From: a phage
Sequence record: PZ452595.1
Length of the DNA: 64,000 nucleotides
Strand: one strand, 5' to 3'
The position numbers were made by a program, and so were the translations under genes. The notes under the pieces are model-generated. The model was not told the DNA's origin, did no database searches, and was given only the letters and a program-made list of their open reading frames with translations. How positions within the stretch are numbered: the stretch's first letter is position 1; every line of letters begins with the position of its first letter. Shown in pieces: positions 42,089-54,800 of this stretch.

Positions 42089-44353
42089 TCATAATTTACA
42101 GGATGAACAATCTTCAGCTTTTGGAGTTTCTATTTCATAATCATCAGTACCAGAACCATCACGGGTATTATGATAATAGAAATTTTTTCCGCCAAAATAC
42201 CAAAAATACAAAAGGTCATCAATCATTATTGACATTGGAACCTTGCCTTTAGGGAAGATTTGGGGGTCATAATATGTATTCGCTGAAGCTGATTGACACA
42301 CCCATTTCAGCATAATAGCTACCTGCGTAAGATAAGGTTTATTACCTTTCTTAGCTAATTTCCATGTATAATCATAGAGGTCTATGTTATGCTCAATATT
42401 GGGCACGACTTGATTAAAGGAGCCCTCTTTTGATTCTTTAACAGAGACTGGTCCACGTGGAGGCTCGATACCGTTTGTACTGTTAGAAACTTGGGAAGAT
42501 GACTCACATGGCATAAGTGCTGATAATGTGCTATTACGGATGCCAAAGAGCTTAAGGTCTTCCCGCAGCGACGACCAGTCACAAACGTATTTTGGAGCTG
42601 CGATTTGGTCAATCTTTTTATTGTACCAGTCGATAGGTAATTCGCCTCGAGACCAACGAGTGTCTGAATAATATTCGCAAGGTCCTTTTTCTTTGGCGAG
42701 CTTAATGGATGCTTTAATGAGTCCATACTGTAATCTCTCAAATAGTTCATGTGTTAAATCGTTAGCATCTTCATAAGAAGCAAAGTTACTTGCCAGCCAA
42801 GCTGCATAGTTAGTAACACCTACACCGAGGTTACGACGCTTTTTAGCTTTTTCTGCTTCAGGAACTGGATATCCTTGGTAATCCAAAAGATTATCAAGAG
42901 CGCGAACTTGAACTTCTGCCAATTCATTAATTTTATCTTGGTCTTGCCAGTCAAAATTATCTAGTACGAATGCAGAGAGAGTACACAATCCAATTTCAGC
43001 ATCAGGACTATTCACATCATTTGTTGGAATAGCAATTTCACAGCACAAGTTACTCTGACGAATAGGTGCCTTTTCACGAATAAACGGAGTATAGTTATTC
43101 GTATTATCAATGAACTGTACATAAATCCTTGCTGTTCCTGAGCGTTCAGTCATGAGCAATTCAAATAGTTCACGGGCTTTAATACGCTTTTTACGAATAT
43201 TAGGGTCTTTTTCTGCTGCTTCGTATAATTCACGGAAACGGTCTTGGTCTTTAAAATAAGAATAATAAAGCTCGCCACCCATTTCATGCGGACTGAACAA
43301 AGTAATGTAATCGTTCTTTCCAAAACGTTCCATCATCAAATCATTCAGCTGAACACCATAATCCATATGACGAATGCGGTTTTCTTCTACACCTTTGTTA
43401 TTTTTCAAAACGAGAAGATTTTCAACTTCCAAATGCCAAATAGGATAATAAGCAGTAGCAGCGCCGCCACGAATTCCACCCTGTGAGCATGATTTAACAG
43501 CAGTCTGAAAATGTTTCCAAAAAGGAATAACCCCAGTATGGCGTACTTCACCCATGCCAATCTTAGAACCTTCGGCACGAATCATACCAACGTTAATACC
43601 GATTCCAGCTCGTTTGGAAATATATTCAACAATTGAAGCAGAAGCCTTATTGATAGACTTCAGCGAATCTCCTGCCTCAATAACAACGCATGAACTAAAC
43701 TGTCGAGTCGGAGTACGACAACCAGCCATAATAGGAGTTGGCAATGAAATCTGTCGAGTAGATACTGCTTCATAAAAACGAATAACATGTTTTAATCTAT
43801 CAACAGGTTCATCTTGATGCAGTGCCATTCCAATAGTCATAAATGCAAACTGCGGAGTTTCATAAATTTGACCAGTGGTTTTATCTTTAACTAGATATTT
43901 TTCTTTTAATTGCATCGCCCCGGAATAAGTAAATTCCATATCCCGCTCGTGCTTAATTTTTGATTCTAAAAATGTAATTTCTTCTGCTGAATATTTTGAC
44001 AATAATTCAGGGTCATATTTACCTTCATTTACACAGTAAGAAATATGGTCAATAAATGAACGTGGTTCATACTGCCCATAAACATGCTTACGAAGAGCAA
44101 ACATTAAACAGCGTGCAGCTACATATTGATAATCAGGTTCTTCAACCGAAATAGAATTCGCAGCAGCCTTAATGACAATAGTCTGAATGTCATCAGTTGT
44201 CATTCCATCACGGAGATATGATTTAATATTTTCATATAATTCATAAGGATCTACTGATGTTCCCTCAGCTGCCCAAGATAAAACTTTAATAATTTTTTGT
44301 GGGTCAAAGCTCTGAGAAACACCACTACTTTTGATAACATTAATTAATTGCAT
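42089..44353 (-). CDS. nrdA: Ribonucleotide reductase large subunit
   Basis: 754 aa, same length as T4 NrdA; C-terminal cysteine pair (CSSCKL). Confidence 0.95.
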   Translation of the reverse strand: MQLINVIKSSGVSQSFDPQKIIKVLSWAAEGTSVDPYELYENIKSYLRDGMTTDDIQTIVIKAAANSISVEEPDYQYVAARCLMFALRKHVYGQYEPRSFIDHISYCVNEGKYDPELLSKYSAEEITFLESKIKHERDMEFTYSGAMQLKEKYLVKDKTTGQIYETPQFAFMTIGMALHQDEPVDRLKHVIRFYEAVSTRQISLPTPIMAGCRTPTRQFSSCVVIEAGDSLKSINKASASIVEYISKRAGIGINVGMIRAEGSKIGMGEVRHTGVIPFWKHFQTAVKSCSQGGIRGGAATAYYPIWHLEVENLLVLKNNKGVEENRIRHMDYGVQLNDLMMERFGKNDYITLFSPHEMGGELYYSYFKDQDRFRELYEAAEKDPNIRKKRIKARELFELLMTERSGTARIYVQFIDNTNNYTPFIREKAPIRQSNLCCEIAIPTNDVNSPDAEIGLCTLSAFVLDNFDWQDQDKINELAEVQVRALDNLLDYQGYPVPEAEKAKKRRNLGVGVTNYAAWLASNFASYEDANDLTHELFERLQYGLIKASIKLAKEKGPCEYYSDTRWSRGELPIDWYNKKIDQIAAPKYVCDWSSLREDLKLFGIRNSTLSALMPCESSSQVSNSTNGIEPPRGPVSVKESKEGSFNQVVPNIEHNIDLYDYTWKLAKKGNKPYLTQVAIMLKWVCQSASANTYYDPQIFPKGKVPMSIMIDDLLYFWYFGGKNFYYHNTRDGSGTDDYEIETPKAEDCSSCKL

Positions 44354-44670
44354 AAGTCCTCAACTTGAAAATCGTCTTTAAACAATCGGTTAACTATATG
44401 AGCTATTATATCACCATGACACGGCTTTGGTTTACATGTGCATCCTAGCCTCATTCCACGTAAAGGCTCTAAATGTGCTTTAGTTATTTCTCCGGATTTA
44501 ATTCGACGTATAAAATCTTTTTTGAATAATTCAATGGCAGCCTCCCGGCTGCCAGCATCTTTACCGACGTAATTTCCCCAAAATGTACCACGGTGAATAT
44601 TAACATCAAAGTCGGATTTATATTTATTCACTACCCGACATAGACGGCCCGCGCGGTGATAATTCGGCAT
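44344..44670 (-). CDS. Hypothetical Cys/His-containing protein (nrdA.1 position)
   Basis: 108 aa ORF with [11 protein letters not shown] segment. Confidence 0.55.
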   Translation of the reverse strand: MPNYHRAGRLCRVVNKYKSDFDVNIHRGTFWGNYVGKDAGSREAAIELFKKDFIRRIKSGEITKAHLEPLRGMRLGCTCKPKPCHGDIIAHIVNRLFKDDFQVEDLCN

Positions 44671-44899
44671 ATTGTTTTTCCGTTAAAACAGTAATATCAT
44701 AATAACAGTCAGAAGAAATTTTAATGGTGGAAACTTTATTATCAAAATACTCACGGGTCATTTTATGAGTATAATATTTTTTGCCATAAATGATAATAGG
44801 CTGATTTGGTCCTGGAACTTCTAACTCGCTTGGGTTAGGAAGTGTAAAAAGAACAACGTCAGAAGTATCTTTAAATCGTAAAATCATAAATCCTCGCAA
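44624..44899 (-). CDS. Hypothetical protein (nrdA.2 position)
   Basis: 91 aa track ORF; start uncertain, overlaps the previous ORF. Confidence 0.45.
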   Translation of the reverse strand: MRGFMILRFKDTSDVVLFTLPNPSELEVPGPNQPIIIYGKKYYTHKMTREYFDNKVSTIKISSDCYYDITVLTEKQYAELSPRGPSMSGSE

Positions 44900-44907
44900 T
44901 AATAAAA

Positions 44908-45767
44908 TTATACCGCCATCTTTCCTTTAATTGGCGGGTGAGATACATAGTCGTTAAGAACAAAATTATGCGGCTTTGCGAATTGACTCAACCAAAATAC
45001 CTGTGATTCTGTGTCCCATTCATCAAATTCATCTGGGAATTTTAATTGTAATTCGCATAAATCCATAGGTTCACGACGCAAAATTTCTTTACATTGTTCT
45101 ACGTGATTCATATAGATATGAGTATTACCGCCAGAAAATATCAAATCTCCCGGAATAAGATTACATATCTTAGCTACAATATGAACTAACGCAGCATATG
45201 ATGCAATATTAAATGGAAGACCGAGGAAAACATCTACTGATCGTTGATACCACTGAAGGTCAAGGTATCCATTACGAACATTAAATTGATAGAACATATG
45301 ACAAGGTGGTAATGCCATCTGCTTGAGTTCAGCTGGATTCCATGCTGAAACAATTTGACGCCTATCATTTGGCAGTTTTTTAATACGATCAATAACTTCT
45401 ATAATTTGGTCTACACCACCAAAATCACGCCACTGTTTTCCATAAATTGGACCAAGTTCACCGCTATGGTATCCTAAATCTTTTGCTTGATTTTCGTAAT
45501 TTTCATCCCAAACTGTTTTGCCTTGGATTAACGAATCATGTTGAATTAATCGCAAATCATTGACATTTGTGCTTCCCGATAAAAACCATATTAGCTCAGC
45601 AATGCAAGCTTTCCAGGCGAGCTTCTTAGTTGTTACTGCAGGAAAACCTTTAGTTAAATCCCAGCGTAATTTAGTACCGAACAAAGCAATTGTTCCTGTG
45701 CCTGTTCGGTCATCGGTTTCGTAGCCATTTTCCAGGATATCTTTAATTAAAAATTGGTATTGTTTCA

Positions 45768-45768
<1 letters not shown>
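44908..45768 (-). CDS. td: Thymidylate synthase, uninterrupted
   Basis: Track start is TTG at 45780; the ATG at 45768 (MKQYQ...) gives 286 aa; continuous ORF with no intron. Confidence 0.93.
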
Positions 45769-46793
<1,025 letters not shown>

Positions 46794-46809
<16 letters not shown>

Positions 46810-47153
46810 TGAAAAGAGCTAGAAGCAAATCCGCTATCTTTAATCATTTTAACTAAAGTTACCATTCCTCTGTTAACTGCTTGTGCGATTTCATCAAAAA
46901 CTTCATCAATATCACCATAAAGATCGCTAAAAAGTTCTAATACGTTCTTCTGAACTTTTAATTTACAGCCAACAAATTCGCCTACAGTAAATTCGTTTCC
47001 GCCAATTCCAGTGTAAAACGTAATTACACCAGTTAATGGTCTTTCACTAGAACATAGGTCGTGTGATAAATTAATATAAGCCGTCCCGGGTGTAGTTTTA
47101 AGTTGGCAACGAATACTTACTCGAGCAATTCCAGCTACACGAATGTCAGACAT
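46794..47153 (-). CDS. Hypothetical protein (frd.2 position)
   Basis: 119 aa ORF. Confidence 0.55.
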
Positions 47154-47163
47154 ATTATTTTCC

Positions 47164-47406
47164 TCAAACAGACTTTTTCACAATTTTCCAATCAGCTTTA
47201 AACTGCTCGACGTCAGAATGGTAAATCCAGAATCCTGCGCTTTCTCCGTCTTCATAAAGAGGACATCCATCGCATTCATCTTCCCATCCCATGTCACGTA
47301 AAAGATGTTCAGCTTTTTCAACAAGCTCAGAATCTTTACCGATGATATTAAAATACCATTTACCTCTAACTTCTGAATCTTTGATGCTCTGGCGTTGTAA
47401 TCTCAT
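47164..47406 (-). CDS. Hypothetical protein (frd.3 position)
   Basis: 80 aa ORF. Confidence 0.55.
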   Translation of the reverse strand: MRLQRQSIKDSEVRGKWYFNIIGKDSELVEKAEHLLRDMGWEDECDGCPLYEDGESAGFWIYHSDVEQFKADWKIVKKSV

Positions 47407-47466
47407 TTTATTCTCCTCAGTAGTTGATAGGGTAATAGTATCACACTACTACCCTGTTGTAAACAA

Positions 47467-47760
47467 TTATTTTTGAATTTTATCGAGCCACTTACCAAGC
47501 TTAATCATTTCTTTAGTAGCCTTTTCCATACTTCTGAACTTAACCAATAGAGGATAGGTATCGACACCCATAACTAAACTGGTTACAAGACTGTGTTCAC
47601 CCACAAGCCATAATGAATACGTTTGAATATCGAGCCCGTAATTTCTGTCTTTATGGACCCGTACACCCATCACTTCAAATTTCTCACTAGCTTTTTCTAC
47701 CGCATCCAGGAAATCATCTTTAGTCATATTAGGCCTTAAAAGTTTTTCGCAAAAGTTCAA
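47467..47760 (-). CDS. Hypothetical protein
   Basis: 97 aa track ORF; start uncertain. Confidence 0.45.
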   Translation of the reverse strand: MNFCEKLLRPNMTKDDFLDAVEKASEKFEVMGVRVHKDRNYGLDIQTYSLWLVGEHSLVTSLVMGVDTYPLLVKFRSMEKATKEMIKLGKWLDKIQK

Positions 47761-48130
47761 TGATTTCGTCTACATTATTTTCGTCAACAATGCAGTGAAT
47801 TTTTGTTACGCCAGAAACCTTGTCTTCGATTTCATCTTCTTCAGAAGTCGGTTCTTTATATTCGCGGAAACAATAAAACTCTTCTTCACGAAGTTCAAAA
47901 TAATCATCACCCATACCATCATCATTATAGATTTCACCATTAGCACAAATGATTTCGGTTACATAATCAAAGCCATCTAAACTTAATATTGATTTAACTT
48001 CAAACCAACCACCATTTTCTTGAATGATGCCGACCATACTAGCATTTGATGAACTAATATCAATGAAAGATTTAATACGATGTGGATTTAACTCGTATTT
48101 TTTGCCGATTTCCATTTTGATTTTCCTCAT
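47729..48130 (-). CDS. Hypothetical acidic protein
   Basis: 133 aa ORF. Confidence 0.5.
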   Translation of the reverse strand: MRKIKMEIGKKYELNPHRIKSFIDISSSNASMVGIIQENGGWFEVKSILSLDGFDYVTEIICANGEIYNDDGMGDDYFELREEEFYCFREYKEPTSEEDEIEDKVSGVTKIHCIVDENNVDEIIELLRKTFKA

Positions 48131-48136
48131 TTTAAT

Positions 48137-48154
48137 AGGGGCTTGATAGCCCCT
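48137..48154 (-). terminator. Hairpin (aggggc-ttgata-gcccct)
   Basis: Inverted repeat between two - strand ORFs. Confidence 0.4.
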
Positions 48155-48160
48155 TGATAA

Positions 48161-48391
48161 TTATTGTTCAATCAGTCCCATGTAAAATTCTGCGTCTTCA
48201 GAATCCATGCCATCACAATATTCATTAGCCATAAAGCGGGTGAGGTCTTCAAGAGGACCTTCAATGACAATAGAAAAATTGCAATAATTGGGATCATCGT
48301 GAATACTTGTGATACTAAGTTCAGGATAACGATTACGAATAATTTCTTCGATATATTCAAAATCAACGATGTCAATATCAACTTTAGCCAT
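48161..48391 (-). CDS. Hypothetical acidic protein
   Basis: Track ORF 48161..48454; internal ATG (MAKVDIDIV...) gives 76 aa. Confidence 0.45.
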   Translation of the reverse strand: MAKVDIDIVDFEYIEEIIRNRYPELSITSIHDDPNYCNFSIVIEGPLEDLTRFMANEYCDGMDSEDAEFYMGLIEQ

Positions 48392-48494
48392 ATTATTTTC
48401 CTCTTTAATTATCAGCAGTATTGCCGATAGTTTTATAGTACCATGGAAGGACAAGGATGTAAACAGTTTTGCGAAAAATTTTTAAAATAAAAAA

Positions 48495-48513
48495 GGGGAC
48501 CCTAGAGGTCCCC
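48495..48513 (-). terminator. Gene 32 Rho-independent terminator
   Basis: GGGGACC-loop-GGTCCCC followed by a T-run on the - strand, 20 nt after the gene 32 stop. Confidence 0.75.
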
Positions 48514-48535
48514 AATTAATTAGTAATATAATCTA

Positions 48536-49444
48536 TTAAAGGTCATTCAAAAGGTCATCCAGGTCCGTGTCATCAGCACTAGATGAACTGCCAGAGCTTG
48601 AGCTCATAAAATCATCTTCAGTTTTTGTATTGAAGTCATCAACATTGAATGCATCCAAATCATCAGCAACTTTATCAGCTTTCTTAGCAGCAGTTGCAGC
48701 GGCACCGCCCATCACAGCAGTTCCCATAACTTGACCGAATTTAGTGCTCAGTTCTTCAAATGATTTGAATTTATCTTTAGAAGTCATTTCAGAAAGGTCA
48801 ACCATTTGTTCGAACAGTTCTTTCTGGAAAGATTCATCATCAATGTTTGGAATCGCAGATTGATTCAGGAATTTAGATTCATCGTAGTTACTAAATCCAG
48901 AAACCTGTTTAACTTTCAGTACAAAGTTAGCACCTTCCCACGGACAAGTTACATCAACCGGAGTTTCACCCATTTCAACATCAACTGCAATCATTGCATT
49001 GATTTTATCCCAGATTTTCTTACCGAAACGGTATTTAAATACTTTACCTTCATTTTCTGGAGCAGCTGGGTCTTTTACAACAAGAATGTTAGCCCAGTAA
49101 GAAGTTTTACGTTTAACAAGACTGTACTCTTTATTGTCAGTGTTGTACAGATCATTTTTACTGATGTATTGACATACTGGGCAAGAATCGTAATCACCGT
49201 GGGTAGATGAACAGTTTTCAATATACCATTTACCATTTTTCTTGAAACCGTGATTTACAAGAATTGCGAATGGTGCTTGTTCATCATTTTTAGACGGAAG
49301 AAAACGAATTACTGCTTGACCGTTACCCGCATTGTCGAGTTTCAGTTTCCACTCGCCTTTATCTTCAGAAGAAAAACCACCTTTATTTCCAGCCAGTTTA
49401 GCCATTTGCGCAGCGAGTTCAGCAGTAGATTTACGTTTAAACAT
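48536..49444 (-). CDS. 32: Single-stranded DNA-binding protein gp32
   Basis: About 301 aa; N-terminal basic segment, zinc-binding Cys/His region ([14 protein letters not shown]), acidic S/D-rich C-terminus. Confidence 0.95.
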   Translation of the reverse strand: MFKRKSTAELAAQMAKLAGNKGGFSSEDKGEWKLKLDNAGNGQAVIRFLPSKNDEQAPFAILVNHGFKKNGKWYIENCSSTHGDYDSCPVCQYISKNDLYNTDNKEYSLVKRKTSYWANILVVKDPAAPENEGKVFKYRFGKKIWDKINAMIAVDVEMGETPVDVTCPWEGANFVLKVKQVSGFSNYDESKFLNQSAIPNIDDESFQKELFEQMVDLSEMTSKDKFKSFEELSTKFGQVMGTAVMGGAAATAAKKADKVADDLDAFNVDDFNTKTEDDFMSSSSGSSSSADDTDLDDLLNDL

Positions 49445-49543
49445 TTTTATTTCCTTTTTAATTTAATTAACAGTTGGTGCTATGACGATGTATGACCTCA
49501 TAGCTGGTCAGTAAGATAATTATAATCTATTTATAATAAGCAA
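49445..49543 (-). promoter_or_regulatory. Gene 32 leader with A/U-rich translational operator and late promoter motif
   Basis: Unstructured AUUAAAUUAAAAAGGAAAUAAAA before the AUG; reverse complement of TATAAATA at 49528..49535. Confidence 0.5.
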
Positions 49544-50197
49544 TTAATACTTGCAAGATTTCACAGTTTCAATGAAAACATTTTTAGCTTTCTGTGAATC
49601 AATATTTAAAATTTTTCTATAAGCCTTTAACTTTATAGAATAATTATTCCAGACTAAATTATCAGTCTGTTCATCATGTTTATCAATTATATTTAAAAAC
49701 GAATCAAGCAAGATAAACGTCTCAAACGAAATTATGTTCGATTGCAGAAGTTTAAAAATATAACTTGACTGAACCTTTGGATTATATTCAAAGATTTCTT
49801 TAAAAGCAGAAACTTCAACTTTTTTACTAAAATAGTAAATATTGCGAATATCTTCTTCAAACTTAAATTTAATTTGCTTTAAGCGTCCGATATATTCACG
49901 ATAAAACACAAGTGCATCAGCGTCAGAGATGTCACCAATCCAAGCATCTTGGTTAGCAACCAAATTACTTATAAAGATTAAAGCAAGTTCCTTTAATTTA
50001 TATTTTTCTGATAACTTCTGGAAAAAATACTTATCCCTTCGCTTTTGATAAGCGGCATCAGACACCCGCATGCACCAATTATACTTAATTACATCATACT
50101 TTCCATTCATATGCTGTTTTATCATTAAGTATAATTTATAAACTGATTTACCATCAATGTATCTTTCACCACCAGCAGGCATGCGGAGTTTAATCAT
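49544..50197 (-). CDS. 59: Helicase loader gp59
   Basis: 217 aa, same length as T4 gp59. Confidence 0.93.
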   Translation of the reverse strand: MIKLRMPAGGERYIDGKSVYKLYLMIKQHMNGKYDVIKYNWCMRVSDAAYQKRRDKYFFQKLSEKYKLKELALIFISNLVANQDAWIGDISDADALVFYREYIGRLKQIKFKFEEDIRNIYYFSKKVEVSAFKEIFEYNPKVQSSYIFKLLQSNIISFETFILLDSFLNIIDKHDEQTDNLVWNNYSIKLKAYRKILNIDSQKAKNVFIETVKSCKY

Positions 50198-50532
50198 AGC
50201 AGAAAATCTAATGTATTAGTTTTTTCACAACGAACAACAGAAGGACGTAAAAGATTTTCGTCAATAGCTTCTGACTGAATTTTTTCAATTATACCCGAAG
50301 GAATAAATTTAGCAAATTGAGTTTCAGGAATAGAGTTTTCTTCTAAGAATGCTGTTGTAGCTTCAAGATAACTCATTCCAAACTCTTCTACCATTTTTTC
50401 AATAATAAATCCGTTTTCTTGACGATCAAGAAGCTTTGCTATTTCATCCTTTTCTTTCTTAATTGAAAGTTCTTTTTCTGAAAGACCGGTCTCATCGACC
50501 GGACGAATATCATTTAGAGAAAACTGTGTCAT
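50194..50532 (-). CDS. 33: Late transcription co-activator gp33
   Basis: Track ORF 50194..50541; the ATG at 50532 (MTQFSLNDIRP) gives 112 aa. Confidence 0.85.
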   Translation of the reverse strand: MTQFSLNDIRPVDETGLSEKELSIKKEKDEIAKLLDRQENGFIIEKMVEEFGMSYLEATTAFLEENSIPETQFAKFIPSGIIEKIQSEAIDENLLRPSVVRCEKTNTLDFLL

Positions 50533-50779
50533 AAAGTTCAACTACCTCTTCAGTTTCAGCTTCAAACACATCACGGTTATCTTTATGATACAAAGCTAAT
50601 AGACGATTAAACATCTTACCATCAACGCCAAGTTCATCTTTGGCACGAATTCGAATATCTTTAATCAGTTCATTATAACCGGAAATTTTCAGTTTATGAT
50701 CAGATGCTTCTTTAATAAATTTAGCCAAGTCTTCGCCATGGATAGCTTCATCAAATTCAACCATTTCTTTTTTAGCCAT
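50510..50779 (-). CDS. dsbA: DsbA double-stranded DNA-binding protein
   Basis: 89 aa in the T4 dsbA position. Confidence 0.8.
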   Translation of the reverse strand: MAKKEMVEFDEAIHGEDLAKFIKEASDHKLKISGYNELIKDIRIRAKDELGVDGKMFNRLLALYHKDNRDVFEAETEEVVELYDTVFSK

Positions 50780-50787
50780 TATTCACC

Positions 50788-51705
50788 TCAAAATTCATTA
50801 ATGCTATTAGTTAATTTAGAAAGACCCGCTTTTACAAAATATGAATAAATTTTGCCACGCGGTGGTAATTTATATGAATTATAGTAATTCACAATGTTTG
50901 AAGCAATATTATCAGGAATATAATCAAAATCAATTAGAACTAAATTTTCTTTATAACGATTATATTCAGATTCTGTGAGAAGCACCTTAGCTTGCTCACG
51001 GTCATTAGCAATAGCTTCAACGATTGAAGTTTTCATTGAAGGAGTTCGTTCACCTTCAACTCTGGTAAACCAAAAGTCAGATCGTACTTTAACTGAAGCA
51101 ACGTTATCCTTTTTGTCGCCTTTAAGGATTTTAGTCATACAATCAATTTCAGCAGAACCGCTTTTAATTTTAACCCATTTCTTATGCATCGGAGACCATT
51201 GCTTAACATTTGGATATTTGTGAAGCTGAGTGAAGTCACCATCAGATGAAATGATTAAAATCTTATGTCCTTCTAAAGAGAACTTTTTAACAAGAACAGC
51301 AATGTGGTCATCTGCTTCATACTTATCAATATCCATAACAATGTATGGCATATAAGCTTTTAATTCATCTATAACTTTATGGCTGGATTCAAAATAACCT
51401 TCCCAGTCCCAAGTAGATTCTTCTCGTGCTTTTCCACGGTTTTTCTTATAATAATAGGCGAAATCACGACGCCAATATCCAGATTTCGCGTTATCAATAC
51501 ACAGTACAATTTTAGTGTATCCAAGCGTTTTTGCTTTTTTGACATTAAACTTAATTGAGTTCAATATCAAATGACGAACCATTGATAAATTAATTTTTTC
51601 TTTATCTGGGAAGTTTACAAGAGCAGTTGAAAGCGCAATTTGACTAAAGTCAATAAAGCAAATTCCTTCTTTGTAGTCTTCATCCAGCATCATTTCTAAA
51701 TCCAT
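50788..51705 (-). CDS. rnh: RNase H / 5'-3' exonuclease
   Basis: Track ORF 50788..51720; the ATG at 51705 (MDLEMMLDEDYKEG) gives 305 aa, the T4 RNase H length. Confidence 0.9.
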   Translation of the reverse strand: MDLEMMLDEDYKEGICFIDFSQIALSTALVNFPDKEKINLSMVRHLILNSIKFNVKKAKTLGYTKIVLCIDNAKSGYWRRDFAYYYKKNRGKAREESTWDWEGYFESSHKVIDELKAYMPYIVMDIDKYEADDHIAVLVKKFSLEGHKILIISSDGDFTQLHKYPNVKQWSPMHKKWVKIKSGSAEIDCMTKILKGDKKDNVASVKVRSDFWFTRVEGERTPSMKTSIVEAIANDREQAKVLLTESEYNRYKENLVLIDFDYIPDNIASNIVNYYNSYKLPPRGKIYSYFVKAGLSKLTNSINEF

Positions 51706-51767
51706 ATGAACCTCGTTCAATTAGTGAGATTTCTATTATATACCATCTAAATCTTAAAGTAAACAAG

Positions 51768-51775
51768 TATAAATA
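51768..51775 (+). promoter_or_regulatory. T4 late promoter motif TATAAATA (P34)
   Basis: Exact TATAAATA about 35 nt upstream of the gene 34 ATG. Confidence 0.6.
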
Positions 51776-51809
51776 CTTATTATTGAAAACACAATAGGAG
51801 CCCGGGAGA

Positions 51810-54800
51810 ATGGCCGAGATTAAAAGAAAGTTCAGAGCAGAAGATGGTCTGGACGCAGGTGGTGATAAAATAATCAACGTAGCTTTAGCTGATCGTGCCG
51901 TAGGAACTGATGGCGTTAACGTTGATTACTTAATTCAAGAAAACACAGTTCAACAATATGATCCAACTCGTGGATATTTAAAAGATTTTGTAATCATTTA
52001 TGATAACCGCTTTTGGGCTGCTATAAATGATATTCCAAAACCAGCAGGAGCTTTTAATAGCGTACGATGGAGAGCGTTACGTACTGATGCAAACTGGACA
52101 ACTGTTTCATCAGGACCTTATCAATTAAAATCGGGCGAATCAATTTCAGTTGATACTGCAGCTGGTAATGACATTACATTTACTTTACCATCTTCTCCAA
52201 TTGATGGTGATACCATCGTTCTCCAAGATATTGGAGGAAAACCTGGAGTTAATCAAGTTTTAATTACAGCTCCGGTACAAAGCATTGTAAATTTTAGAGG
52301 TCAGCAAGTACGTTCAGTACTAATGACTCATCCAAAATCACAGATAGTTTTAATTTTTAGTAATCGTCTGTGGCAAATGTATGTCGCTGATTATAGTAGA
52401 GAAGCTGTAGTTGTAACGCCTGCGAGTCTCTATCAAGCGCAATCAAACGATTTTATCGTACGTAGATTTACTTCTGCTGCACCAATTAATGTTAAACTTC
52501 CAAGATTTGCTAATCATGGAGATATTATTAATTTCGTCGATTTAGATAAACTAAATCCACTTTATCATACAATTGTTACTACATACGATGAAACGACTTC
52601 AGTACAAGAAGTTGGAACTCATTCCATTGAAGGCCGTACAACGATTGACGGTTTCTTGATGTTTGATGATAATGAGAAATTGTGGAGATTGTTTGACGGG
52701 GATAGTAAAGCGCGTTTACGCATTATAACGACTAATTCTAATATTCGTCCAAATGAAGAAGTTATGGTATTTGGCGCGAATAATGGAACAACCCAAACAA
52801 TTGAACTTCAGCTTCCAACTAATATTTCTGTTGGTGATACTGTTAAAATTTCCATGAATTACATGAGAAAAGGACAATCAGTTAAAATCAAAGCTGCAGG
52901 TGAAGATAAAATTGCTTCTTCAGTTCAATTGCTGCAATTCCCAAAACGCTCAGAATATCCACCTGAAGCTGAATGGGTAACAGTTCAAGAATTAGTTTTT
53001 AACGGTGAAACTAATTATGTTCCAGTTTTGGAGCTTGCTTATATAGAAGATTCTGATGGAAAATACTGGGTTGTACAACAAAACGTTCCAACTGTAGAAA
53101 GAGTAGATTCTTTAAATGATTCTACTAGAGCAAGATTAGGCGTAATTGCTTTAGCTACACAAGCTCAAGCAAATGCTGATTTAGAAAATTCTCCACAAAA
53201 AGAATTGGCAATTACTCCAGAAACGTTAGCTAATCGTACTGCTACAGAAACTCGTAGAGGTATTGCAAGAATAGCAACTACTGCTCAAGTTAACCAGGAT
53301 ACTACATTCTCTTTTGCTGATGATATTATCATCACTCCTAAAAAGCTAAATGAAAGAACAGCTACTGAAACTCGCAGAGGTGTTGCTGAAATTGCTACGC
53401 AGCAAGAAACTAATGCAGGAACCGATGATACTACAATCATTACTCCTAAAAAGCTTCAAGCTCGTCAAGGTTCTGAGTCATTATCTGGTATTGTAACTTT
53501 TGTATCTACTGCAGGTGCTACTCCAGCTTCTAGCCGTGAATTAAATGGTACGAATGTTTATAATAAAAACACTAATAATTTAGTTGTTTCACCTAAAGCT
53601 TTGGATCAGTATAAAGCTACTCCAACGCAACAAGGCGCAGTAATTTTAGCAGTTGAAAGTGAAGTAATTGCTGGACAGAGTCAAGAAGGATGGGCAAATG
53701 CGGTTGTAACGCCAGAAACGTTACATAAAAAGACATCAACTGATGCAAGAATTGGTTTAATTGAAATTGCTACGCAAAGTGAAGTTAATACAGGAACTGA
53801 TTATACACGTGCAGTCACTCCTAAAACTTTAAATGACCGTAGAGCAACTGAAAGTTTAAGTGGTATAGCTGAAATTGCTACGCAAGTTGAATTCGACGCA
53901 GGCGTCGACGATACTCGTATCTCTACACCATTAAAAATTAAAACCAGATTTAATAGTACTGATCGTACTTCTGTTGTTGCTCTATCTGGATTAGTTGAAT
54001 CAGGAACTCTCTGGGACCATTATACCCTTAATATTCTTGAAGCAAATGAGACACAGCGTGGTACACTTCGTGTAGCTACACAAGTCGAAGCTGCTGCAGG
54101 AACATTAGATAATGTTTTAATAACTCCTAAAAAGCTTTTAGGTACTAAATCTACTGAAGCACAAGAAGGTGTTATTAAAGTTGCAACTCAGTCTGAAACT
54201 GTGACTGGAACATCAGCAAATACTGCTGTATCTCCAAAAAATTTAAAATGGATCGTGCAGAGCGAACCTACCTGGGCAGCTACTACTCTAATAAGAGGTT
54301 TTGTTAAAACTTCATCTGGTTCAATTACGTTTGTTGGTAATGATACAGCTGGTTCAACACAGCCATTAGAATCATATGAGAAAAATGGTTATGCAGTATC
54401 ACCATATGAATTAAACCGTGTATTAGCAAATTATTTGCCATTAAAAGCAAAAGCTGTAGATAGTAATTTATTGGATGGTCTAGATTCATCTCAGTTCATT
54501 CGTAGGGACATTGCGCAGACAGTTAATGGTTCACTAACCTTAACCCAACAAACGAATCTGAGTGCCCCTCTTGTATCATCTAGTACTGCTACGTTTGGTG
54601 GTTCAGTTTCGGCAAATAGTGTACTAACTATTTCTAATACTGGAACAGAAACTCATCTGATTTTTGAGAAAGGACCTCAAACTGGAACTAACCAAGCGCA
54701 GACGGTGACTATTAGAGTGTGGGGTAATCAATTTAGTGGGGAATCAGATACAACACGTTCTACTGTATTTGAAGTTGGTGATGAAACGTCTAATCACTTT

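Noticed and set aside
41101-43775. Several short ORFs inside nrdB and nrdA on either strand
   Set aside because: Nested within the conserved ribonucleotide reductase genes.
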